From an uncultured Nitrososphaeraceae archaeon (GTDB lineage: Archaea > Thermoproteota > Nitrososphaeria > Nitrososphaerales > Nitrososphaeraceae): 64,000 bases of DNA. Position 1 is the first letter of the stretch, and every line of letters starts with the position of its first letter. The stretch is taken from the NCBI GenBank assembly GCA_963765895.1, contig CAVXZB010000088.1, positions 122,236 to 186,235 of the forward strand, read 5' to 3'. A program made the translations under genes and the position numbers. This document shows, piece after piece, positions 52,801 to 63,340 of the stretch. Below the pieces are notes generated by a model. That model did not search any database. It saw only the letters and a list, made by a program, of their open reading frames with translations, and was not told the DNA's origin.

Positions 52801-53118
52801 TTAATCACAGGTCGCAGATATTTCTAGGTGTCTAATATCAAAATCAATGCCGATTTTTGTTAGTCTCGTTAAGTATATCATTTTTTTCAAAGGCCAAGAA
52901 TTTCTACTGCATTTCTGACCATAGCAACAATAGTCGTCTGACCTCGACATTCTTGCTACTATAAAATGGAATACTATTAGCGGCGTAAATACAATCGAGG
53001 TTATAACTGCAAGCATGTAGCTATGAAGATATAGAAGATACAGGGAAACCCCAACTCCAGTCAATATTTCTATCGACGTACACGTACATAACTGCAACGC
53101 CATTTCTCGAAGGTTCAT
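52801..53118 (-). CDS. Hypothetical membrane protein with Cys clusters
   Basis: LCTC, two TM segments, then YCC...C. Confidence 0.5.
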   Translation of the reverse strand: MNLREMALQLCTCTSIEILTGVGVSLYLLYLHSYMLAVITSIVFTPLIVFHFIVARMSRSDDYCCYGQKCSRNSWPLKKMIYLTRLTKIGIDFDIRHLEISATCD

Positions 53119-53837
53119 AAGAATAAGTTATTGGGTTGATTTTAAATACGTTTTTCCAAATTTAATCCAAATCTCCAAGAACTATGAACGAGCCGCGGTA
53201 AATGCTACCTCAATTTATTTCACTTTTTGGCAATTCTCGCTAGCCAAAGGCGACAAAACTCACTAAATTGTCCGATATAACGAAATCTATATAATGGAAT
53301 CCACTAGATAACCCACAAAATATGTTTGTAAGATAATATTTAAAGAAGTGTAATATCGCCTATGGTCATTTGACTGTAACCGATCGCCTCCAAAAACTAC
53401 TTACGAAATTTGTCTGCGTATTACCTGCTATTGCTCAATAGTTTTGTACTTAAGTCATGTGGGCAGGGTAGCAGTAGTTGTTATAGCAATTGCTATAATT
53501 ACTACTATATTAGTATCCAGAGTATCTAGAGTACTTGTTATCTATGCGTAAAACATAACAATACACCAGTAACAAACTATACTTCTATAACGGTGCCGTC
53601 AATAGCAGAGATGAACTCAATTACAATTTTTAATGCTATAAATGCTAAAATTAAACTAATCTGAGACGAAATCGCATTTCGCAACGTGTTTAATGACGCC
53701 CATTTGATGCTTAGTAAGATTGACATTCGTAACATAATGTGTCTCTCAATGTGGAGGCGGACATAATCAACTCGATTTTACCTAAAAAAGTTATCTGTTC
53801 CAAGCCAATAAATAATACTGAAAAGCCGTAAAGAAAT

Positions 53838-54023
53838 ATGCCTGTTATACAAATAACGATTAGCCAAGGCAGATCGGTAGAGCAAAAAAGAGAACTTATT
53901 AAAGTATTGACAAAGGAAACGGCAAGGATCATGAAAACTCAAGAGGAAAAGATAAGAATTTTGATTTACGAAGTTTCAAAAGAAAACTGGGGGAACGCAG
54001 GAGTTTTAGGTACAGATATGTAG
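53838..54023 (+). CDS. 4-oxalocrotonate tautomerase family protein
   Basis: MPVIQITISQGRSVEQKRELI...IRILIYEV.KENWG.AG, with Pro-1, Arg-11 and Arg-39. Confidence 0.93.
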   Translation: MPVIQITISQGRSVEQKRELIKVLTKETARIMKTQEEKIRILIYEVSKENWGNAGVLGTDM

Positions 54024-54714
54024 GCACTGCAGAGAAATAAAACAACTGCTTCAGATTGACCTGCTACAAATAATTCAATAATCTAACTGTGTGCTCATAT
54101 TGCCCATAAATAGTTGCTAGATGGTATTGAGATATTCCCTGTTAGCTAAACTCGTGACCATTAATACTATTGTAGGATAATTAACGAACTTCCTTTAAAT
54201 AGAATAGTTCACCCATGCGTTTATGATAGTAGTAAACTACCAGACAGATCATACTATCTTACGGGAGTCGACATATTTCGAAATTCCTTACTGTGCATAG
54301 ATCTGCTATTTGTTATCAAGTTGTTAATCAATCCGCTTCAGCGTCTTCACTTTGTCGATTTTAAGATTAGAATTAATCCTTAAAAGAATCGGATCGATCG
54401 ATCGTAGAAATCCCACAAAATGCGAATAAGGAATTTAGTAGCTTATCAATATAATAATATATTGGCTCGCCGGATTATGGCTAATCTGCACAATCTATAA
54501 CAGACAATATTTTGGAATCTTAATGTTACTTTATTATACATTTTCGATTCTTAGAGGCGCACATGACGTTACTAGATGTTATAATCATAAATACCAATTG
54601 CTATCTGAGAGATTGGGACAAAATCGATGTAATTGGCTATGCAAAAAATTAATTTTGAATAAATCATTTATCAATTAGTGAATATAGTTATCTTATTAAC
54701 CGGTCCTATTTATT

Positions 54715-55207
54715 ATGATAGTTATGAAGAAAGAGGGACATAAGAACCCAATTCCTACTGTAGATGTCATCATACAAATGGCTTCTCGTATTTTATTAGT
54801 TAAAAGAAAGAATGAACCATTTAGAGAATATTTGGCAATCCCAGGGGGTTTTGTAAATGAAGGAGAAACAGTAGAAGATGCGGCAAAACGCGAAGTAAAC
54901 GAAGAAACATCGTTGGATATTGAACTAATTGATATTCTCGGCGTGTATTCGGATCCTAAAAGAGATCCTAGGGGACACAATATGTCTACGGTATTTATAG
55001 GAAAAATTCCTACTAGTAGAAATGGGAAAGTTAAAGCAGCTGCAGCTGCCTGATGATGCCTTGGAACTATATTGGATAAATTTAGAGGATATACCAGATG
55101 AAAAATTTGCATTTGATCATAAAAATATTCTAGAAGATTATATGAAATGGAAAAAATTAGGTGGGACGTTCTGGTCATCCAAAACCATGGGGACAAGGAT
55201 CTCTTGA
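54715..55207 (+). CDS. NUDIX hydrolase (ADP-ribose pyrophosphatase-like), frameshifted near 55050
   Basis: PGGFV..GETVEDAAKREVNEET Nudix box and YSDP.RDPR.H; continues as DDA...W...AFDH..IL.DY. Confidence 0.9.
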
Positions 55208-56149
55208 ACGTTCACTCATAGGAGAAGGAGAAGGAGAAAGAAATATGAGTCCAATTTTCGATATCTGTTATAAGGAAAAGATCACCATAAAGTATATCGA
55301 GATCACATGGATTGAAAATCGATATATATGAAGTGCATACTACTCATTTTTGATACCCAAAAAGAGGCGAGTTTTTTCTATACATGCTACAGTTATTGGT
55401 ATAAGCAGATCGTAAATGTTGTATTAAATCATCTTCGGTTAAGTACGTTTACCAAAGATGATCTCTAGATAATAATGCATAGTAAATTCGGCCCCATAAT
55501 TTACCATATCGACTGAAATTAAAATTAAGTCTACATGGCTAATACCTGAACTTAGCAATGCACTGGGCGTTGTTACGGAAGTTACCACAAAATCAATAAT
55601 CAAGTAGAGACAGGAATTGACAATATTTTAACCAGTAATACCTACAAACATATTGCTTCAATGGATTGATTCTTGATTTTTAGAGAGAGGTAGATTTAAC
55701 ATAGTCTAAATTACCAGAGATCTTGTAATAGTAGAGGTCTCATTGATGCTGAAAAACGACCCAAACGTACAGATCGAATCCTGGATATTAATGCCTGACC
55801 AAGGCATGATTTCTCCGCTCATTTATACCTTCAACTATTCCTGTTAAGAACTACGACCCGATCAATAATTAACAATATACCCCCTGTATGTGGATTGTGT
55901 CGATCCATATCCATTGACTTAAATTCGTTAAATCATTCAGCCCACCTATTGTCTGGTTAAATGCTTTCATAGTTACTTGGAATTACTTTAGGCGATAGTC
56001 CATTGAAAAAACCATTCGATATGAAAATTTAATAGAGTAATCAACGTAAGTATATTATTGTAACTGAAAATTGGTATTCTGAAATATCTAGAACACAAAA
56101 TCTAGCCTCACCACCAGCATTACACAACAGTACCTTACTTGAAAGACTG

Positions 56150-56998
56150 TTGTATCGAGCAGCCAGAAAGTGGGTCTCGGGTATGACTTCTAAGGAGGCA
56201 TTATCAGCAGCCAGAAATTCCAATAAGAGAGGAATCTCTGCAATTTTGAATTTTCTAGGCGAAGATAATACCAATAACAAGAGTATTGAACAGACAGTAA
56301 AAGAATATTGCTTACTATTAGATTTTGTGAGTAAGGATGGAATAGACGGTAGTATTTCTGTGAAACCAACTCAAGTCGGATTAAAGAGAGGGTATGAAGA
56401 ATGTTTAAATAATCTTAGGCAAATTTCTAAAAAAGCTAAAAGCCTAGGCAAATTTATGTGGATCGACATTGAATCCTTTGAATATGTCCAAAATACAATT
56501 TCTATCTACCTTGATCTTTTTAAGGAGAATTCGTTGATAGGGGTGGCTCTACAATCCTATCTTAGGAGGAGCGCAAGTGACTTGCTGCATTTGTTAGAAG
56601 AAGGAGCAAATGTTAGAATAGTAAAAGGTGCATACAGACAATGTGAAGAGAACGCCTTTCAATCAATGAGCGAAATCAATTCGAATTTTTCCAAATTGAC
56701 AAAAATGTTATTTGAGGACAAGAACAGAAATAATATTTTTGCCATCGCAACGCATGATCCCAAACTGATTGTTAACGCGATCTCGTTATCAGAAAAGTTT
56801 GGTACCGATAGAAAGAAATTCGAATTTCAGCTACTTATGGGTATTCATAATGAGTTAAAAGAAATACTTGTAAAACGAAAGCTTAAGACGTCTGAATATA
56901 TACCGTATGGTAATCAATGGCTTCCATACTCCATACGTCGGATTAGAGAGAGAAAGAGAAACATCCTATTACTAGCAAGGTCTATTCTTCAGCCATAA
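56150..56998 (+). CDS. putB: Monofunctional proline dehydrogenase (start may lie further upstream)
   Basis: WVSG, LNFLGE, SVKPTQ.G, WIDIE, LQSYL.R, R.VKGAY, IATHD, FQ.L.G and YIPYG..W.PY..RR..ER motifs. Confidence 0.92.
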   Translation: MYRAARKWVSGMTSKEALSAARNSNKRGISAILNFLGEDNTNNKSIEQTVKEYCLLLDFVSKDGIDGSISVKPTQVGLKRGYEECLNNLRQISKKAKSLGKFMWIDIESFEYVQNTISIYLDLFKENSLIGVALQSYLRRSASDLLHLLEEGANVRIVKGAYRQCEENAFQSMSEINSNFSKLTKMLFEDKNRNNIFAIATHDPKLIVNAISLSEKFGTDRKKFEFQLLMGIHNELKEILVKRKLKTSEYIPYGNQWLPYSIRRIRERKRNILLLARSILQP

Positions 56999-57190
56999 TA
57001 CGGCAGATGCAATTACTGTTATAAGTATTGTCAAAAGTTTCTTTTTTAACAATTACATTATTAAAGCCTTAGAAAAATGGTGCACGCAAAATAATCTTAC
57101 TAAATTGAGATTAAGATGGTGTTACTCTATGTTACTGTAGTATATATTCAAAAGTAGTATCGCACTAGTCTTTCTAAAAAGAGCCTTGGA

Positions 57191-58763
57191 TTAGGTAACA
57201 ACAGTCTGGCTCTGCTCTCTTAGAAATTGAGTCAAATAGTACGGTCCTCCTGATCCTTTGCCCGTCGTACCAGAATCTTTCCAACCACCAAATGGTTGAG
57301 AACCTACCATGGCTCCGGTTGTAGCACTAGCAGTCCTATTAACGTATACTACTCCAGATTTTGAGTTATCAAGAAACCTGTCGATTTCTTCATTTTTCTT
57401 GCTATAAATGCCCGACGTCAGTCCGTATTCTGACTCATTGCATAGTTTTAATGCTTCATCAAAATCTTTGTATGCGGCTACACACAGAATCGGTACAAAT
57501 AACTCTTCCTTAAATAACATATGACTTTTGGGCAGATCCTCAACAATAGTCGGTTCTACGTAATAACCATGCTTCAAACTACCTTGTCGTTTTACAGCTC
57601 CACCGAATATTACCCTACCATCTCTGGAGGCGATTTTTGCGAATTTTTGATAATTTGTATATGCATTCAGATTAATTAATGGACCCATAAATATATCTTG
57701 GTCTAGAGGATTTCCAATATAGAGATTCCTTGTCTTCTCCACTAGTTTTTGCATCAATAATTCCTTTACGTTTTTCTGAACATAAACTCTGGAACATGCG
57801 CTACATTTTTGACCAGAATAACCAAATGCAGCTTTTATGATCCCCTCTGCAGCCTTATTAATATCTGCATTTTCGGTAACTATTACCGGATTCTTGCCCC
57901 CAAGTTCTGCGATAACTGGCCTGGGTATAACTTTGCCGGAATCTTCCATAATTCTGTGTCCTACCATTTTGGAACCTGTAAACACAATACCCGCAACATC
58001 ACGACTTGCAACAATTACCTTTCCGATCTTTGATCCAGACCCTGTCACAAGGTTTAGTACTCCATCAGGTAAGCCTGCTTCTTTCAAAATTTCTGCAAAT
58101 AGACTTCCGATAATAGGAGTATCACTTGCAGGTTTTAGAACTACTGCGTTGCCAGTAACAATTACCGCGATACTCATTCCCGCTAAGATGGCAAAAGGAA
58201 AATTGAATGGGCTGATTACAGCCCAAACACCGTATGGCTTCATCAAACTCTTGCTTACTTCATTTGAATTTGCATTCTTAGTTAGGACTACGAAGCCCTT
58301 ATTTCTTTCCATCTCTTTAGAATAGTATCTGATGAAATCAATTGCTTCATCTACGTCAGCAATGGCCTCGTACCTATTTTTACCATTTTCATAAGAAATC
58401 CATGCGGCTAATTCAAATTTACGCTCAGATATTATATCTGCTGCAGCATAGCAGATGACAATACGAGATTTATAATTGACTTTCCCCCATTTCTCAAATG
58501 CGGTCTTGGCTCGCTTTGACTGCCGTTCTCACATGTTTTTTAGTAGCCAAAGGGAAATAACCTAGTCTTATTCTTTTGTCTATTGGCGAAGTGTCAGTAA
58601 ATGTCTTTGAAGAATTATAATGCTTGCCATTAATGATCATTGAGTATTTTTTACCGAAACGAGATTTGATATCTTTTACTGCTTTCTCATAGTTCTCATG
58701 AAATACCCTCTCATCATTTGATTTCAGGAAGTTTTTGAGAGTATATTCATTTTCAAATCCCAT
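57191..58763 (-). CDS. putC: 1-pyrroline-5-carboxylate dehydrogenase (ALDH family), frameshifted near 58511
   Basis: MGFENE, E.GK...EA..DV.EAIDF.RYY, ISPFNFP, FTGS, ELGGKN, GQKCSA, EELF.P and GA.V..QPFGG motifs; convergent with the proline dehydrogenase gene. Confidence 0.88.
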
Positions 58764-59654
58764 TCGAACTAGATCCTCTAGTGTTTTCTTATCGGTCGTC
58801 CTCGTATATTTCTTATCCCAAGCAATAATTTAGTGAGTGACGCCAGATGATTTCCTCGCTAAACCTTTTGAAATTAGTGAAGATAGGAGGCGGCCGACTG
58901 ATAATCGCGATGTTGAGTCATATTTTACATTGTCACATTATCTTCATAACTAACATGACTCTTCTGAAACTTGCAACTTTGCTTATTATTATTTTTTCTG
59001 GATCATGCATTCGAATTGAAAAAGTTGTGGTAACATCAGATAAAGGTTCAATTACTAAATATCGGGCTTTTCTGGACCATTTTCGCGTTAATAGTTATAG
59101 CCTGACTGCCAAGTCCATAATAGTCTATACGAGCAAGATCGTACATGGCGTTTCAACTCTTTAAATGAATGAAGAATTAAGAGTTGTATAATTGACGTCG
59201 GTATGCAGCCCGACTACACCTGTAACGATAATATCCGTGATCTAGATAGGTTCCACTACAGGAGGAAAGAGTAGAAAAGCTGTGTAGACATACTCCCCAA
59301 AGGCAACATTCACACTAAAAAATTTTTTTAAATGAAGCTAAACATCCAAAATTTGATAATACCCATTCTCGGCGTCGCACGAGAAAAAGGGCCCCCAACC
59401 TTAATGCAAGCCCACTCTTGGTGGCCTTAATGCATTACGCTTGCTGTTAGATAGATAACAACCGTCGAAGTAGGATAATCTCACGTGGATGTAGATAAAA
59501 TTTTCTTTCGCATGAGAAAAGCCCCTTGAGTAATTTTAAATCTTAGAGAAGAACCGCCAAAAATATTCTAATCAATATATAATCTGTAAGTATGGTCTCT
59601 CCCTCTCTTATTGGTGTCACATGAATTATTAGCAAATCTTGCAGATTAAGGCCA

Positions 59655-60047
59655 ATGTCAACAACAATACCTGCGGAAGCATCAAAACCGCCAAAAAAGA
59701 TGCAAGAATGTAACAGATGCAAGGCAGCTGGATATCCGAACCAACTAATTGGCTTCGATAAGGTAGGTGACGATCCTGAGACTGGAAAAACAAGATGGAA
59801 GCTAATTGATGAAAATGGCATTGAACATACACACAAATTCGTGCAGACCTCCTTACCGCAACAGGCACAGGTCCAAATCAGTAACAACAACAAACCAATT
59901 TTTAGACGAAGGAGAGTGACAGATATTGCTACTATAACAAATGTAGATGAAGCAAGAACCCTCTTTGCGTCAGGCTGGGAATTTTACTCTTCGTATCCAG
60001 CGACTATTGCAAATATACCACACTATGTACTTGTAAAAAGAGAGTAG
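59655..60047 (+). CDS. Hypothetical protein with a CxxC...HxH Zn site
   Basis: ECNRCKAAGYPNQLIGF...WKL.DENG.EHTHK, a Gln-rich linker and a short C-terminal GWE domain. Confidence 0.8.
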   Translation: MSTTIPAEASKPPKKMQECNRCKAAGYPNQLIGFDKVGDDPETGKTRWKLIDENGIEHTHKFVQTSLPQQAQVQISNNNKPIFRRRRVTDIATITNVDEARTLFASGWEFYSSYPATIANIPHYVLVKRE

Positions 60048-60263
60048 TCTTGAAATACAAGATAAGATATAGATCCTCGCCCGTCGTACATTCCACAATT
60101 TATGTGAACAAAACCTAACTGTCAAATCGACAACGGATGATCAGATCTCTCTGATCGATCATTCGTTATACGAGTGAAGATCGTCTTCTTTTATTTTATT
60201 ACCCCAACGGCAATAGTTCTTGAATATTCACTATCTAGTATCTATTAATGCCGGTATAGGTAT

Positions 60264-60680
60264 TTATTTTGGACGTTCTATAAATTTTATAAAAATAAGA
60301 GCATTATAGCCCAGACGCAATGGGTCGCCTTGTGATGGGATAATACCAAGGACTGTTCCGATATTCGAAAATAGCTCTATCGTAGGATTACAGCTTCCAT
60401 CATTTTTATATTTGATAATGAGTAGGTTGCCTAATGGTCTGTTATTTGCTATGTAGCCATAATTAAAACACTCTGATTTTATTGGATTTGGACTGTTGGG
60501 TGATAGGTTAGACAGTGCAGAAAAAGGGACCAAATTGTCTCCGATGGTGACCCTGTTCTCAGCAGCATTAGTAGTTGATTTGAAAATCGACTGGGCTGGT
60601 GTCGATATACTTGTGTAGCCTATGAGACCAATTAGCGTTATCGGTACTATTATCAAAATGGTAGTAGTTAGAAGAATCAA
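60264..60680 (-). CDS. Hypothetical secreted or anchored protein
   Basis: N-terminal hydrophobic helix and two Cys residues. Confidence 0.55.
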   Translation of the reverse strand: MILLTTTILIIVPITLIGLIGYTSISTPAQSIFKSTTNAAENRVTIGDNLVPFSALSNLSPNSPNPIKSECFNYGYIANNRPLGNLLIIKYKNDGSCNPTIELFSNIGTVLGIIPSQGDPLRLGYNALIFIKFIERPK

Positions 60681-61053
60681 TATTCTATTTATTCAAGTAT
60701 GTTCATTTTAACTTGTCGATTGAATTTTTCGCCATCGAAATTAATGAGGATTTCCACTTGTCTGTATAATTAAGAATCTACGTCAATAACGCTTAGCACT
60801 TACTTTTTCAGAATCAGATCTTGTTCTAATTTCTAATCCAAATGGCTAGATTTTTACATACATCGCAACACCCGGAAAAACAGTATTGCAGTTGCACTTG
60901 AATTGGAGATGAGGGAATGTGAGGCAGCATTATCAGCAAGTTGTCATAAATTAAATTGATATTGAATTTCATAAATGAAATTCGTAGAATCATTTTTTAA
61001 TATGGATAGCCGCTATAAAATAGTCTTTTGAATAGTGGTGAATTGACGTAATT

Positions 61054-61365
61054 ATGCTACAGCCCCAATATTATAATCTTATCGATGCATTAGTTTATTT
61101 TATCGCTGCCACAATTCCAATATATTTTATATTAAAATTAAGAAACGCCAACCACAGTAGCACAAAACATCTCACTCACATAATAATATTGCTTCTAAGT
61201 TTTATCCTAATTCAAGGAATATATCATGTTGCTGGAGTAGTAGGTTTTGGGCTCTTAGCAAAAGGTATTTTGGAACCGCTGTCAATCATAGCATTGCTTT
61301 CATTTGCAGGAATATATCTTCTATATGCATCAACAAAAAGGAAAATGACTGAACTCAGAACATGA
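61054..61365 (+). CDS. Small 3-TM membrane protein
   Basis: Three TM segments with QG.YH and LEP motifs; ATGA overlap with the next gene. Confidence 0.75.
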   Translation: MLQPQYYNLIDALVYFIAATIPIYFILKLRNANHSSTKHLTHIIILLLSFILIQGIYHVAGVVGFGLLAKGILEPLSIIALLSFAGIYLLYASTKRKMTELRT

Positions 61366-61727
61366 TAACTGACGCATTTGTAAGTGAATTTAACAATAAT
61401 TCTGCTCTTTTACATTCCGTAGGAGATATAACATCAATCCTGACCTTGGTCCCATTAATCATTTTTGTATGGCTGTCGATAAGATCTAAAAGTTTTAAGG
61501 GCTTTCAATTCCAAATATCAATATTTATTGTGCTTTACATTATAGGACAAATAATAGAGAACAATACTAACAGAATCTCAGCGTTTTCAGTTTTGCCCGA
61601 GGATATTGGATCTCAAATACATGTCATTGCTGCGATATTTTTTGCAATAATGGTATGGTTTAGATTCTATTATGTTGAGGTAAGCGGAAAGAAAATGATT
61701 GAAAGTCCAGAAAGTGACAATATTTAG
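61362..61727 (+). CDS. Small 3-TM membrane protein
   Basis: SFKGFQFQISIF and QIH motifs; translationally coupled to the previous gene. Confidence 0.75.
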   Translation: MITDAFVSEFNNNSALLHSVGDITSILTLVPLIIFVWLSIRSKSFKGFQFQISIFIVLYIIGQIIENNTNRISAFSVLPEDIGSQIHVIAAIFFAIMVWFRFYYVEVSGKKMIESPESDNI

Positions 61728-62278
61728 ATCATACCATAATAGTCAATCAAGTAATACCAGCAACTTTTTACAAAGTTGACCCATTTTGACTTGTTCTGGA
61801 TAATATATCGCTAGCTTCACATTTGATATTGATAATATAGATTGAGTTGTGGAATAATCAAATTATTTAGTATGATTCGAATACTCCTGGAAAAAGTCCA
61901 GTTTTAGTATTCTGTCCATTTTGAGTGATATCTGAAGTGCACATGAAGAGGATTAGTTATGGAATTCACAGTACATGACAAGTTACTTATCGAAATATCC
62001 CCAAGGATTGATTCATAATACTTGCTTTATTTAATTAAGTGAACTCAATATATTTTTCATTAATTGGATGGTCTACATAAAATATTTTGTGAAGAGAGAA
62101 TAAACAAGAGTTTATTAGTTGGGGCGATTGTTATTTGGCAGAAATAGTACTTTACCAACATAAGTGATTTTTGACTGATGCCACTTTATGCATAAGGACG
62201 ATTTCCTAATCTGAAATTCAGAGATGAAATTCGTCTCCCACTTTATATGAAAATAGAATAAAGAAGAAGGTACCTAAA

Positions 62279-62925
62279 ATGAATCTGAAACAAAATAAAT
62301 TAAGACGAACAAACTCAATTGCTGTTGTAATCGTAGCCGTAATAGTATCAACACTGATGTGCGGATTTATAAGCCAGAATCAACATAATGCGATGGCAAT
62401 TGCTAACCAGCCCACATCAAAGAATACACAACCATCTCCTGTATCTAAAGATACCTCAACAAAAGTAGTTAGCCCTAGCAGATCAACAGATAAAGAGTTC
62501 TGGATAAACACCGTACACCTCGACGGAATGACAAATATACATGCTGCGATGAAATGTGACACGTGTCCTCAAAACATTCCATTACATCCTGCAGAACAGC
62601 CGCCTGCAAATTCATCTGTACCCGCTGGAGGAGGATTCAGGATAACAGAGCCAAATAAGGTAGGAGCATGGGATTTTAGATCATTTACTTTCGTACCAGA
62701 CCAAATAGTTGTGAATCAGGGAGACAAAGTTACCTCCATTTTGTAGGAGTTCAAGGCGTACATCATGTCATTACCGTGGATTCGATTGGAACTTTTCCGC
62801 TCATGAGAGGACAAATTCACACGATATCTTTCATAGCTAAAAGCCCAGGGATTATAAACTATACCTGTCACATACATGTTCCAAACATGGTCGGCCAAAT
62901 ATTGATACTACCTAAATTAACATAA
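62279..62925 (+). CDS. Secreted cupredoxin (type-1 copper) protein, frameshifted near 62734
   Basis: Signal peptide; F.PDQIVVNQGDKVT continues, after one C is restored, as LHFVGVQGVHHVI...PGIINYTCHIHVPNMVGQILILP (His...Cys-x2-His-x3-Met). Confidence 0.88.
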
Positions 62926-63166
62926 GTTCAATAAAAATAGATTGGAAACGAAATCATACGTGCTCAGTTTGATATTAAGTCGAAATCCCCTCATTACTTT
63001 TTTTACTATCAATCCATTTGTCAATTGTAGGACATCAAGAAGTCCTTGGTAAGTTAGTTACGAAACATATTCACGATTCATTATTCCATAATCCCGATAC
63101 TATGTGTTTAAATTGCAAGTTAAATTACAAGTCCAAGAAGGATAAATATTTTAAAAAATGGGGTAT

Positions 63167-63340
63167 CTAACGAGATTTCATTCTGCCATAAAACCAAAAA
63201 CCTACTCCGATGATTAGTGCAATAACTACGATTCCTAAGAGTATTGGCGCAACTATCTTTACAAGAAATACGATGATTGCTATTATTACTATTAGTGCAA
63301 GTATACCAACTATAATTTGTGTAAAAATTTACGTGCTCAC
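63167..63340 (-). pseudogene. Small 2-TM membrane protein with a stop at codon 4
   Basis: MST*IFTQIIVGILALIVIIAIIVFLVKIVAPILLGIVVIALIIGVGFWFYGRMKSR*. Confidence 0.55.

Noticed and set aside
53455-53545. Minus-strand LDTNIVVI...LPT fragment resembling an EmrB/QacA MFS N-terminus
   Set aside because: Too short and degenerate to support without blastx.
59399-59450. Twister or hammerhead ribozyme
   Set aside because: UAAUGCA resembles the start of a twister, but the remaining conserved elements and pseudoknots could not be placed, and there is no CUGAnGA/GAAA hammerhead core.
912-62925. Programmed ribosomal frameshifting or a recoding system explaining the split genes
   Set aside because: There is no shared slippery heptamer or downstream structure, shifts go in both directions, the genes are unrelated, and most sites are short homopolymers typical of read error.
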